This document shows, in pieces, positions 28,519 to 37,756 of a DNA stretch of 64,000 nucleotides. The notes beneath the pieces were generated by a model. The model saw nothing but the letters and a program-made list of their open reading frames with translations, searched no databases and was not told the origin of the DNA. Position 1 is the stretch's first letter; every line of letters begins with the position of its first letter. Where the stretch lies: NCBI GenBank assembly GCA_937896905.1, contig CALBOE010000010.1:3080-67079 (forward strand), given 5' to 3'. The position numbers were made by a program, and so were the translations under genes. The DNA is from an uncultured Clostridia bacterium. Its GTDB lineage: Bacteria; Bacillota; Clostridia; Christensenellales; UBA1242.

Positions 28519-29058
28519 TTATATGCAATCATATTCGCTTAACTCGCCTGTGTAAACAACTCTTTTATTGGTTAAATTTAAAAAATCTATTGGCTTAATA
28601 ACTCTTGGCAGGGCTTCTGCATTAGAAACTCCAAACGCTTCTAAAAACGAACGAACGAATTGCGAACAATAAAACCTGCCCTCTGCTTCGTGGTTATGCT
28701 TGAACATTGCACTGAACAAACCCCAATAGTTATATTTTAGTTTCTTCTTGTGCTTTTCCATATATTCCAATGCGTGTTTCATTTTGTTATAAGTTTCTTC
28801 ACTAACCTTAATTTCTAAAACTTTGGCTATGGTTTTGTTAAAACGTTTGAATGTGCCAATATTCTTCCCCTCTTTAACAAAGCCACCAACAAAAGGATTG
28901 TATGGATTAAGGCGACCATACGAATACATCTCTTCCAACGTTGGCGTTAAAGAAATTGAAGAATGATTATATTCAGCACCCGTTAGCATCTTCAACATTT
29001 TAGACAGCAACGTTCCTGTTTGGCTAAGAACAACATAAATGCTTTTTTCCATTGCCAT
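28519..29058 (-). CDS. YiiX-like permuted papain/NlpC-P60 superfamily protein
   Basis: 179 aa; His-first then Cys order (AEYNHSSIS ... RFYCSQFV), as in permuted papain-fold amidases. Confidence 0.5.
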   Translation of the reverse strand: MAMEKSIYVVLSQTGTLLSKMLKMLTGAEYNHSSISLTPTLEEMYSYGRLNPYNPFVGGFVKEGKNIGTFKRFNKTIAKVLEIKVSEETYNKMKHALEYMEKHKKKLKYNYWGLFSAMFKHNHEAEGRFYCSQFVRSFLEAFGVSNAEALPRVIKPIDFLNLTNKRVVYTGELSEYDCI

Positions 29059-29146
29059 ATATTATTTCTCCATTAAAAAAATTATATCATATTAAAATAA
29101 ATTTGAAAAGAGATTTTAATTAATTTTATTTTTTTTAAAAAATCGC

Positions 29147-29175
29147 TTGTCATTTTATTCGCTTTGTGTTAATAT
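29147..29175 (+). promoter_or_regulatory. Promoter for tRNA-Ser (TTGTCA-17 nt-TGtTAATAT)
   Basis: TTGTCA 29147-29152, TAATAT 29170-29175 with an extended TG. Confidence 0.6.
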
Positions 29176-29193
29176 AGCGGAGTAATTAAATAT

Positions 29194-29281
29194 GCGGAGA
29201 TGGTAGAGTGGTCTATTACAGCAGTCTTGAAAACTGCCGAAGTGAGAGCTTCCGGGGGTTCGAATCCCTCTCTCCGCGCCA
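29194..29281 (+). tRNA. tRNA-Ser (anticodon TGA), class II, CCA encoded
   Basis: Acceptor GCGGAGA/TCTCCGC, anticodon arm GCAGT-CTTGAAA-ACTGC, long variable arm, GGTTCGAATCC T-loop, GCCA end. Confidence 0.9.
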
Positions 29282-29282
29282 A

Positions 29283-29305
29283 ACTGCTTGAAAAAGCGGT
29301 TTTTT
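29283..29305 (+). terminator. Terminator after tRNA-Ser
   Basis: ACTGCTT / AAGCGGT stem (one G-U) followed by TTTTT. Confidence 0.6.
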
Positions 29306-29435
29306 ATTTGTTCGAACAACAATCAATAGACACAACAACTAAATAATATAATGTTTATGTGGTATTTTTAGCTATTTTTAACTTTAATGGTTAAAATGTT
29401 TGGTTTTTCTACAAAATTTGATATAATTTTTACAT

Positions 29436-30182
29436 ATGGAAAAACAAAAGAAGTTTAAACAAAACCGCAAATTGTGGTATAGAGGAATGAAAAACTTAAT
29501 GAAATGCAGGTATAAACAACCTCGTTTCATTTATCTAGGCAAAAAGCCAACTAATGGATCTATAATTTTAAGCAATCACGAAGGAACCGACGCCCCTATG
29601 AGTTTGGAAATTTATTGCGACTTCCCTATTAGAATGTGGGGAACTGCGGAAATGAATTCTGGACTAAAACGCTTGTATGCCTACCAAACCAAAGTTTATT
29701 ACCACGAAAAAAAACACTGGAATTTGTTTGGCGCAAGAATGTTTTGTTTGCTTGCAAGCCCTCTAACAAATTTGTTTTATAAGGGGCTAAACCTAATTTC
29801 CACCTATAAAGACGCAAGATTTAGAACAACTCTTAAAGAAAGTGTTGCCGCATTAAAAAACGGAGACAATATTGTTATTTTTCCAGAACATTCAGAAGAT
29901 GGATATTTAGCAGAACTTAAAGGGTTTTATGCTGGTTTTCTTGTTTTGGCTCAGCAATGCTTTAAAGAGGGTTTAGACGTTCCAATTTATGTGTCCTACT
30001 TTAAACTTAAAGAGCGAACATATCTTTTTGACGAACCAATTTTGTTTAGCGAATTAAAATCTAAGTTCGAAACAAGAGATGAAATGATTGAATATTTACT
30101 AAAAAAATGTAACGCTTTAGGGAAAATTGAAGTTGAACCTATGAAAAAGGCTAAAAAAACAAAGAAACAAAAGTCTAAATAA
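29436..30182 (+). CDS. PlsC-family (lysophospholipid) acyltransferase
   Basis: H(X)4D catalytic motif in LSNHEGTDAP; FPEHSEDG second motif; Lys-rich tail. Confidence 0.7.
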   Translation: MEKQKKFKQNRKLWYRGMKNLMKCRYKQPRFIYLGKKPTNGSIILSNHEGTDAPMSLEIYCDFPIRMWGTAEMNSGLKRLYAYQTKVYYHEKKHWNLFGARMFCLLASPLTNLFYKGLNLISTYKDARFRTTLKESVAALKNGDNIVIFPEHSEDGYLAELKGFYAGFLVLAQQCFKEGLDVPIYVSYFKLKERTYLFDEPILFSELKSKFETRDEMIEYLLKKCNALGKIEVEPMKKAKKTKKQKSK

Positions 30183-30191
30183 TAATAAAAT

Positions 30192-30217
30192 ACAGCCCTT
30201 AATTGGGCTGTTTTTTT
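30192..30217 (+). terminator. Terminator after the acyltransferase gene
   Basis: ACAGCCC / GGGCTGT stem and a T7 run. Confidence 0.7.
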
Positions 30218-30294
30218 GTGCAAACTATTATTAAAAATGTGACAGCAATCACAAACAAAGCCACACTTTCATTTAAATATATAGAGGAATTTAT

Positions 30295-31257
30295 ATGAAG
30301 TGTAATATTGCCATAATTGGCGCAACTGGACTTGTTGGAAAACAAGTTATTAAAATTCTTAAAGAAAAAGGATTAACAGACCATGCTTTTTACCTTTTTG
30401 CAGATAAAAACTACTGTAAACCCATTAAACTTGGGCAAGAAAAATACAAAATTTGGCAGCTAACCAAAAAAAGATTGGTTGACGCAAAACTGAATTACGC
30501 ATTGTTTTGCGTTGATGGCGAAATATCTAAAAAATATGTTCAATTTCTAGCAAAAAGAGGGACAGTTGTTATAGATTTTTCTGCCGAATTTAGGCATAAA
30601 TATCCACTAATTGTGCCTGAAATTAACGCCGAAAAAATTAATGGCAATATAATTTGCAACCCTAACTGTTCCACTATTATAAGCGTTATGGCATTAAACG
30701 AAATTAATAAGCAATTTGGGCTTGAAGAAATTGTGTATTCGTCGTATCAAGCCGTTAGTGGTGCAGGCAGTTTAGCACTTAGAGACATGAACAAAACCAA
30801 CCCTAACAAACTTAAAAGCTTTGAGTATTGCATTAAAAATAACCTTATTCCAATAATCGGTAAACTTGCAAAAAACGGATATTCTACCGAAGAAAACAAA
30901 ATGATTTTTGAAACTAAAAAAATTCTAAATCTTTCTGCCACAAAAATGTCCGCCACCTGCGTTAGAGTTCCTATTACCATTGGCCACAGCATAAGCATTA
31001 ATTTTAAAACAAAAAGCAATGCCAATTTGCAACAAATTAAACAACTAGTTGCAGCAAGCCCCAACGTTACATTGCAAGAATACACGCTTCCAATGCCGCA
31101 AGATGCCAGAAAAAACGATAATGTTTTGGTTGGAAGAATTAGGCACGCCGAACAAAAAAACACATTCGATATGTTTGTTTGCGGAAACAACCTAAGAAAA
31201 GGCGCAGCATTAAATGGAGTTCAAATTTTAGAATTGCTAATTAGGGGGAATAAATGA
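30295..31257 (+). CDS. asd: Aspartate-semialdehyde dehydrogenase
   Basis: IIGATGLVG Rossmann motif, active-site NPNCSTI, QAVSGAG. Confidence 0.9.
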   Translation: MKCNIAIIGATGLVGKQVIKILKEKGLTDHAFYLFADKNYCKPIKLGQEKYKIWQLTKKRLVDAKLNYALFCVDGEISKKYVQFLAKRGTVVIDFSAEFRHKYPLIVPEINAEKINGNIICNPNCSTIISVMALNEINKQFGLEEIVYSSYQAVSGAGSLALRDMNKTNPNKLKSFEYCIKNNLIPIIGKLAKNGYSTEENKMIFETKKILNLSATKMSATCVRVPITIGHSISINFKTKSNANLQQIKQLVAASPNVTLQEYTLPMPQDARKNDNVLVGRIRHAEQKNTFDMFVCGNNLRKGAALNGVQILELLIRGNK

Positions 31258-32111
31258 TTTTTAAAGGAGTTTGCACCGCCCTGGTAACACCTTTTTGCCA
31301 AGACGGAAAAATAGATTATCTTGCACTAGAAAAACTTATTGAATTTCAAATTAAAAATAAGGTTGAAGCCATTGTTCTTTTAGGGACAACGGGCGAAAGC
31401 TCAACCATAGATAAAAACGAGCGAGAAACTTTAATTACATTCGCCAAACGCATTATAAATAAGCGAATTAAACTGATTGTTGGCACTGGTTGTAACAACA
31501 CTGCAAAAGCAATAAAACTTACACAACAAGCCGAAATTTTGGGTGCAGACGCCTGCCTTGTTGTTTCGCCTTACTACAACAAATGCACTCAAAGCGGAAT
31601 ATTGGCTCACTACAAACAAATATGTGCTTGCACAAATCTTCCTGTTATTGTGTATAACGTTCCTAGCCGAACCGGCGTTAATATTTTGCCAGAAACAGCA
31701 AAAGAGCTCTGCCAAATTTCAAACGTTGACGGATTTAAAGAAGCAAATGGAAACATTGATCACATTTTACAACTCTTTAGCCTTGTTAATAAGCCCATAT
31801 ACTGCGGAAACGATAATTTGAACTACATTTTTCATTGTTTAGGCGCAACTGGCACAATTAGCGTTGCCAGCAACGCATATCCTCAACAAGTTAAATTGTT
31901 GTTTGAAAGTTTTTCTAACAGCAAAATGCTAAACTTGCAACTTGCAAAACTGTGCGAGTTGCTTTTTGTGGAACCCAACCCAATACCTATAAAGTACATA
32001 TTAAGCAAAAAAGGCTTAATTGGTAATTTTTTAAGATTACCACTAACACCGCTAAGCACCAAATTTCATAACGCAATTAACCAAGAAATGGAACGTTTGG
32101 AGAATTTATGA
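31254..32111 (+). CDS. dapA: 4-hydroxy-tetrahydrodipicolinate synthase
   Basis: GTTGESSTI motif, YNVPSRTG; 4-nt overlap with asd. Confidence 0.9.
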   Translation: MIFKGVCTALVTPFCQDGKIDYLALEKLIEFQIKNKVEAIVLLGTTGESSTIDKNERETLITFAKRIINKRIKLIVGTGCNNTAKAIKLTQQAEILGADACLVVSPYYNKCTQSGILAHYKQICACTNLPVIVYNVPSRTGVNILPETAKELCQISNVDGFKEANGNIDHILQLFSLVNKPIYCGNDNLNYIFHCLGATGTISVASNAYPQQVKLLFESFSNSKMLNLQLAKLCELLFVEPNPIPIKYILSKKGLIGNFLRLPLTPLSTKFHNAINQEMERLENL

Positions 32112-32770
32112 AAGTTTTAGTTATTGGAAGCAACGGAAAAATGGGCAACCTAATGTGTAAAACGTTAGAAAAATACAATATCAGCCATTTAGGCATAGAT
32201 ATTAACACCAGAAATATTGCCGTAAATTTCAAAGCAGACATTATTGTGGATTTTTCTCTGCCCAACGCCTTAAATGATAATTTAACCCTTGCAAAGCAAC
32301 TAAATTGTGGCATTGTTATTGCAACAACAAATCACAGCGTAGAAAACCAAGAACTAATTGAAGCGCACAGCAAAAACCTGCCAGTTTTTATAAGCCCTAA
32401 TTTTAGCTTGCAATTCAACACACTGATTGAACTTATAAAACACTTATCCCCACTAAAAAACAACGTCTTTGTTGTTGCAGAAACTCATCACAAACACAAA
32501 AAAGATGCGCCTAGTGGCTCTGCAAAATTAATGCTTTCAACTCTTGAACAAATGGGCATTCTTGCACATTGCACAGCTTTTCGTGTAGGTGAAATTGTTG
32601 GTGAGCATAGTTTAAAAATATATTCCCCCAGTGAAGTGCTAGAAATTAAACACACCGCCTTATCACGCCAAACGTTTTGCGATGGAGCTTTGTCTGCATG
32701 CAGGTTCTTATTAAAACAAAAAAACGGGCTTTTTACTATGGGAGATTTAATTTTAAATGATAATATGTAA
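32108..32770 (+). CDS. dapB: 4-hydroxy-tetrahydrodipicolinate reductase (short form)
   Basis: ETHHKHKKDAPSGSA signature; 220 aa; 4-nt overlap with dapA. Confidence 0.85.
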   Translation: MKVLVIGSNGKMGNLMCKTLEKYNISHLGIDINTRNIAVNFKADIIVDFSLPNALNDNLTLAKQLNCGIVIATTNHSVENQELIEAHSKNLPVFISPNFSLQFNTLIELIKHLSPLKNNVFVVAETHHKHKKDAPSGSAKLMLSTLEQMGILAHCTAFRVGEIVGEHSLKIYSPSEVLEIKHTALSRQTFCDGALSACRFLLKQKNGLFTMGDLILNDNM

Positions 32771-33749
32771 ATTTGGCGGAACTTCCACCACGGCAATGTG
32801 CGCACTAAACAACATTAAACAATTGGCACTAAATAAAGAAAGAAAAGTGTTTGTTTTTTCTGCAGTTGGCAAAGCTTGGTCAAACGATAAAAAAATGACC
32901 GACCTACTTATTTCCTACTGCAAGGCACACAAACAAAACTCATCTTTAACCATAATTAGAAATAAAATTATTAACAAATTTAAAATGCTAGCCCAAAACA
33001 CAAACGTTAACTCAAACATACTCAAAGAATTTGAGAGTTACGAACAAAAATATTTAAGCGGAAATCCGTGCTATGACGATTGCTATTTAATTTCTCGTGG
33101 CGAATATTTAACCGCAAAAATTATGGCACAGTTTTTAAACTTAAAATTTGTGCCAGCAGAAAATTTAATGGCGTTTAAAAATGGAAAACCAAACCTTGAA
33201 GCAATAAACAAAAAACTTAATACATACATTGAAAAATATGGTCAAATTGTAACTTGCGGATTTTATGGCATTGAAAATAAAAAAATTAAACTTTTGTCTC
33301 GTGGCGGAGGCGACACCTCTGGTGCAATTCTATCTAAAAGTGTTGGCGCAAAAACTTACGAAATTTTTACAGACGTTTCTGGAGTGTTTGAAGTTAATCC
33401 CAATATATGCCCATCTAGACAAATTAAAAACTTAAGTTTTGAAACTTTAAAACAACTAACAAAATTAGACGCCAAAGTTGTGCACCCAGAATGTGCAAAA
33501 ATTCTTTTAGGAAGCGACACTACTCTGCAAGTTGCTTCAACATTCGATTTATCCTTGCCAGCAACAATTGTAACAAATTATTGCAAAGAAGATAATTTAT
33601 TTGTTGGATTTAAAATTTTAAAAGAAAAAGTTAAAATTATTGCAAAAACAAAAAATAATAATTTAATTGCTTGTTATGAAAATAAACTGAATTTTAAAGA
33701 AAAAATTAAAAAAATATATGAAAAAATTAAAAAAATGCACAACTTTTAA
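32757..33749 (+). CDS. Aspartate kinase-like amino-acid kinase, truncated regulatory region
   Basis: KFGGTS start, SRGGGDTSGA, TDVSGVF motifs of the aspartokinase fold; only 330 aa. Confidence 0.7.
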   Translation: MIICKFGGTSTTAMCALNNIKQLALNKERKVFVFSAVGKAWSNDKKMTDLLISYCKAHKQNSSLTIIRNKIINKFKMLAQNTNVNSNILKEFESYEQKYLSGNPCYDDCYLISRGEYLTAKIMAQFLNLKFVPAENLMAFKNGKPNLEAINKKLNTYIEKYGQIVTCGFYGIENKKIKLLSRGGGDTSGAILSKSVGAKTYEIFTDVSGVFEVNPNICPSRQIKNLSFETLKQLTKLDAKVVHPECAKILLGSDTTLQVASTFDLSLPATIVTNYCKEDNLFVGFKILKEKVKIIAKTKNNNLIACYENKLNFKEKIKKIYEKIKKMHNF

Positions 33750-33911
33750 TAAAAAATTATATTTTTATTAATTTTTTAAGCAATAAAATTTATTTTTTAT
33801 TTTAGACATTATTATTTTTATTTAAACATTATTAGTTTACAAGATTAAAAGTTTATTAAAATATTTTGAATTTTTTTTTGTTTGATGTATAATAACTTTA
33901 AGAGGTTATTA

Positions 33912-34646
33912 ATGAGAGTTCTTTTTGTTGTTGACTCGATTACAGACATAAACCAAAAAATATTAAAACTCCAAACTCGTTTTGGTGAAGATGTTTCATA
34001 TGTTGTTAAAGCTCCTTTAGTTAAACTTTTCGAAACATTTGGTTACACATCTAATGCAATTTACACACACAACCTTTCATCTGTTTTGCACAACATAATT
34101 TTGAAATGCCCAATTGACGATATTGTTATTTGCTATGCAAGTTTAAATTTTAACGACTCACTTTTAAACAAGTTTATTTCAGCAATTGCAAATAAACAAA
34201 AAGTTGTTAATGTTGTTCCAAAATATAACTCATTTGAAAGTATGTACAACTCGGCATATAATAGTTATGTGAATTTCTTGTTTAAAAGCAAAGATAGTTT
34301 GGCAAGCCCAAAACTTCAATTCTTGCCAATTGCTTTTGTTACAGAACTTATTAAAAGCTCAATTGCAAACCGCTTGTTTGAAATAAATGCTAAGTTTGTT
34401 ACAAACATTTACATTGACGATGTTGAACAATCTAAAAACTTGAAGGTTAAACCACATTTTAATCCTTTTAGTTTGCTTCCAATTATTGTTGCTCTTGTGT
34501 TAACTGCAATACTAATAACTCTAATTGCTTTTGTTAATTTTAATTTTCTTTTAGGAATATTATTTGTGTTGCTATATTTATTAGATATATTTATGGCAAT
34601 AATTCAAAACTTTAAACGAATGTTTGACAATAGATTTTTAAAATAA
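33912..34646 (+). CDS. Hypothetical protein with two C-terminal TM helices (possibly a degenerate GT-A-like fold)
   Basis: Start set at ATG 33912 behind SD AAGAGG; hydrophobic C-terminus; no DxD motif seen. Confidence 0.45.
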   Translation: MRVLFVVDSITDINQKILKLQTRFGEDVSYVVKAPLVKLFETFGYTSNAIYTHNLSSVLHNIILKCPIDDIVICYASLNFNDSLLNKFISAIANKQKVVNVVPKYNSFESMYNSAYNSYVNFLFKSKDSLASPKLQFLPIAFVTELIKSSIANRLFEINAKFVTNIYIDDVEQSKNLKVKPHFNPFSLLPIIVALVLTAILITLIAFVNFNFLLGILFVLLYLLDIFMAIIQNFKRMFDNRFLK

Positions 34647-34662
34647 CCATATAATTACAAAT

Positions 34663-34694
34663 AAAAAACCTTGAACGTTGTTCAAGGTTTTTTT
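34663..34694. terminator. Bidirectional terminator between the 254-aa gene and rpmA
   Basis: AACCTTGAA / TTCAAGGTT 9-bp stem flanked by an A-run and a T-run. Confidence 0.7.
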
Positions 34695-34702
34695 AATTCA
34701 AA

Positions 34703-34978
34703 CTAAATTTTTGCTTCTACTGTAGCCACTTTTCTGCCACGACCATCACGTTTAAAACGTACAATGCCATCAATTAAAGCAAACAATGTGTAGTCTTTAC
34801 CGCAGCCAACATTTGTTGATGGATAAATTTTTGTGCCTCTTTGACGAACAATGATTGAACCAGCGTGAACGAATTTACCGTCACCTGCTTTCACACCAAG
34901 ACGCTTTGATTCACTGTCACGACCATTTTTTGTGCTACCGCCACCTTTCTTGTGAGCGAATAATTGAAAATTAATCAT
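34703..34978 (-). CDS. rpmA: 50S ribosomal protein L27 with N-terminal propeptide
   Basis: [22 protein letters not shown]: Firmicutes-type cleavable extension before AHKK. Confidence 0.95.
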   Translation of the reverse strand: MINFQLFAHKKGGGSTKNGRDSESKRLGVKAGDGKFVHAGSIIVRQRGTKIYPSTNVGCGKDYTLFALIDGIVRFKRDGRGRKVATVEAKI

Positions 34979-35310
34979 TTTCGTGTCTCCTTTATACTAA
35001 TAAATTTTGAAAAACTATCTTTGGCATCTTTAAGCCCCAACACTGCCGATTGCATTAATATTTGCGCATCTTTCATTTGTGCCTCACTTAAATTATTTGG
35101 CAAGGTTAAAGAAAAATGTGGAATGGTTTCATCTATCACCACTTTTGCATTAATCTTTAAAACAGTTTTTATGCTGTTTGCAAGGTTTTGCGTTATGGTG
35201 GAAACCGCACAACAAACAATGTCGCTACCTGCTTCGGCATATCCAGAATGACCGGTTGCCTCGATAGTTAAGATTTTTTGATTAAGTTTTACAATTGTTA
35301 TCTTAATCAT
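34975..35310 (-). CDS. prp: Ribosomal-processing cysteine protease Prp
   Basis: [18 protein letters not shown] motif; located between rplU and rpmA. Confidence 0.85.
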   Translation of the reverse strand: MIKITIVKLNQKILTIEATGHSGYAEAGSDIVCCAVSTITQNLANSIKTVLKINAKVVIDETIPHFSLTLPNNLSEAQMKDAQILMQSAVLGLKDAKDSFSKFISIKETRK

Positions 35311-35311
35311 A

Positions 35312-35617
35312 TTAACCTATGCTTTCGATAGAAATCTTGGTGTAAGGTTGTCTGTGACCTTGTTTTTTGCGTTCGTTCTTTTTTGGTTTATACTTGAAAA
35401 CTGTAATTTTCTTGTCCTGAACGTGTGCAACAACTTTAGCTTTAACAACTACATCTTTAATTACAGGGTTGCCAGTTTTAACGTTAGCACCGTCAACAGA
35501 TAGAAGCACTGGGAAAGTTACTTCTTCGCCAACTTCTGCATTTAATCTGTCAACAACTATTTGATTGCCAACTTCAACTTTAAACTGTTTGCCTGAAATA
35601 TTTGCGATTGCGTACAT
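35312..35617 (-). CDS. rplU: 50S ribosomal protein L21
   Basis: MYAIANISGKQFKVEVG start typical of L21. Confidence 0.95.
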   Translation of the reverse strand: MYAIANISGKQFKVEVGNQIVVDRLNAEVGEEVTFPVLLSVDGANVKTGNPVIKDVVVKAKVVAHVQDKKITVFKYKPKKNERKKQGHRQPYTKISIESIG

Positions 35618-35688
35618 TAGTTACCTCCTATAAAGACTCACTTTTAAGGTATCCAAACGGAATTTAAACCTTTTCAATGTGGTACTAC
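35618..35688 (-). promoter_or_regulatory. rplU 5' leader, candidate L21-leader regulatory RNA
   Basis: ~70-nt untranslated leader between a consensus promoter and SD AGGAGG; the position matches the L21 leader described in low-GC Gram-positives. The fold was not verified. Confidence 0.4.
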
Positions 35689-35694
35689 GGAGTT

Positions 35695-35723
35695 ATTATA
35701 ACAAGATAAGAAACTTTTGTCAA
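35695..35723 (-). promoter_or_regulatory. Consensus promoter of the rplU-prp-rpmA operon (TTGACA-17 nt-TGtTATAAT)
   Basis: Minus-strand TTGACA at 35718-35723 and TATAAT at 35695-35700. Confidence 0.75.
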
Positions 35724-35762
35724 CCGCTTAATAAAAATTTATTTATAATTTAAAGCACATTT

Positions 35763-36596
35763 TTATTGAGTAAAATTCATTAAACTTCCTTTATTTTCGT
35801 TTTCCACCAAAGCGCCAAGCAAAGAGGTTAGCGGATAATTTAAAGCCAACGCCATTAATTTATCCTCGTCTAAGCATCTTGAACAATGAGGAAAATAAAA
35901 AATTGTGTATTTTGTTTTTTTTATTTGTTTAAGTGCTTCAAAAAGCGTACATTTCTCGCTTAATTTAATAATTTCAACTTTATGCAAATTTTTATTGCTT
36001 ACATCAGTTTTAAACAAAGAAAATGAAGGCGTTTGTTTAGCGCGGCACATAGCAAAAAACACCGCCATAAGCAAACAAAAGAAATTGGGTTTAATTGAAA
36101 GCGAAGCCACAAATAAGCCGCCAAACACAATCGCCAAAAAAATCCGTAAACCTAAGTCTACCCTTTTGTAGGTTCTATTTTTCTTAAATATTCCTTGAAA
36201 AATTTTGCCACCGTCTAATGGATAGATTGGCAACAAGTTAAATAAAGCAAGCACTAAATTTGCAGTACAAAAATTGTTTAAAATAGTAAAACTAGCTGGC
36301 ACAAGCCAATAAACTGCCAAACAAACAATGCAAAGGCTCATATTGAAAATTGGACCTGCAAGATTAATGTCGAACGCATCTCGCTCGTCTATTGTTTCTT
36401 TAAGTTCTACAGAAAATCCAAACATATTTAACTTTATAAATTTTAACTTGTAACCCTTTTTAGTTGCAACATAAAGGTGTGCCATTTCATGCAAAAAAAG
36501 GGCAAAAAGATAGTTGATTAAAAGCAAGAACCTTTTAAAAATTAAACACAAAACCACAACTAACACCGTGCTAAAACCAACCTTGAACTTTTTCAT
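35763..36596 (-). CDS. M50 site-2 protease (SpoIVFB-like)
   Basis: HEMAHL zinc motif and NLLPIYPLDGG motif in a polytopic membrane protein; sits at the Bacillus spoIVFB position upstream of rplU. Confidence 0.8.
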   Translation of the reverse strand: MKKFKVGFSTVLVVVLCLIFKRFLLLINYLFALFLHEMAHLYVATKKGYKLKFIKLNMFGFSVELKETIDERDAFDINLAGPIFNMSLCIVCLAVYWLVPASFTILNNFCTANLVLALFNLLPIYPLDGGKIFQGIFKKNRTYKRVDLGLRIFLAIVFGGLFVASLSIKPNFFCLLMAVFFAMCRAKQTPSFSLFKTDVSNKNLHKVEIIKLSEKCTLFEALKQIKKTKYTIFYFPHCSRCLDEDKLMALALNYPLTSLLGALVENENKGSLMNFTQ

Positions 36597-36637
36597 ATTA
36601 TAAATTATTTGAGTTTTTCTTAAAATAGCACAAAAAA

Positions 36638-36865
36638 TTAACTTGGCAACGATTTTACCATTTTGATTCTATCGCCCAAACACGAAATTTGAAGATTATA
36701 CTTCCCTTTTTCCACCAAAAAATCTACATTAATATCTTCAAAAGGCACTTCAAAATAGTTGTTTATTAAATAGAAAAAGTCACTTTTTATAACTTCTAAA
36801 AGATATTTGGGATTACTGCTTTTGTTCTTTTCCATAAGCATGGTTAAGCGTTTGTTAAGATCCAT
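36638..36865 (-). CDS. minE: Cell division topological specificity factor MinE
   Basis: 75 aa; 1-nt TAATG overlap with minD; pattern ..LEVIKSDFFYLINNYFEV.. Confidence 0.65.
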   Translation of the reverse strand: MDLNKRLTMLMEKNKSSNPKYLLEVIKSDFFYLINNYFEVPFEDINVDFLVEKGKYNLQISCLGDRIKMVKSLPS

Positions 36866-37656
36866 TAAACACTCCTTTTTAACATCTTTTTTAACTTGCC
36901 CATAAATCCCCTATATTTATAAGTGCAATCAAACAGTTTTCTTTCTCCCGAAACAACATTGTCTGCCAAAATGTTAAACGCCCTGTTTAATGCAACCTTG
37001 TTATTCGTTATTTTTTCACTTGTGCTGGTTATTACACTGTCGTCTTCTGGAATTAGCCCACCAAAATCTATACCCAAACTTTTTCCTATGTCGTACACGT
37101 CGAACATTATTTTATCTTGAATTAAATCGCCACGAGCACGATTAATTACGAAGCGCTTGCTGGCAATTCCGTAACTTGACAGGATTGTTATAACCTTATC
37201 GGCATCTCTTAAACTTGAAAGGTGTGGCGTTGTTACCACCAATGCCTCATCAGCACACATAACGGCCCGCTTAAACCCAGCATCTATGCCTGCTGGGCAA
37301 TCTATTAAAACAAAGTCGAATATGCCATGAAGTTCATTAATTATACTTTTAATTTGTGATATGTGAATGGTTAAATTTTGATTTAATCCCCCACTTGAAA
37401 GCAAAAACAAAAGTGGATAGCAATCGTCTTGAATCAAAGCCTCTTTCAAGCGACATTTATGCTCTATAACATCAAGCATTGTGTAGCAAACTCGTTCTTC
37501 CATGTTCATAACCACATCTAAATTATTTAGTCCAATATCCATATCTATTAAACAAACTCTGTAATTTTTGCTGGCAAGATGCAACCCTAAATTTGCAGTA
37601 ACGGTTGTTTTGCCAACTCCGCCTTTGCCAGATGTTAAAACAATAACTCGTGCCAT
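36865..37656 (-). CDS. minD: Septum site-determining ATPase MinD
   Basis: Deviant Walker A SGKGGVGKTT; C-terminal amphipathic helix KLKKMLKR. Confidence 0.9.
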   Translation of the reverse strand: MARVIVLTSGKGGVGKTTVTANLGLHLASKNYRVCLIDMDIGLNNLDVVMNMEERVCYTMLDVIEHKCRLKEALIQDDCYPLLFLLSSGGLNQNLTIHISQIKSIINELHGIFDFVLIDCPAGIDAGFKRAVMCADEALVVTTPHLSSLRDADKVITILSSYGIASKRFVINRARGDLIQDKIMFDVYDIGKSLGIDFGGLIPEDDSVITSTSEKITNNKVALNRAFNILADNVVSGERKLFDCTYKYRGFMGKLKKMLKRSV

Positions 37657-37756
37657 AAACTTCTCCTGTTAGCACTTTATCATTCCAACAAAAAAAACGA
37701 AACTAAAATTTAAAACAAATTTTAACTTCGTCTTTATTAGACAAATTTATATAATT

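Noticed and set aside
21950-29281. tRNA-linked genomic island or prophage remnant near tRNA-Leu and tRNA-Ser
   Set aside because: I found no integrase, recombinase, direct repeats of tRNA 3' ends or phage genes. The neighbouring genes are core aminoacyl-tRNA synthetases and lipid metabolism genes.
30183-30294. Possible lysine (L-box) riboswitch upstream of asd-dapA-dapB
   Set aside because: The spacer is only 112 nt. It consists of the upstream gene's terminator plus AT-rich promoter-like sequence, so it is too short and no L-box core was seen.
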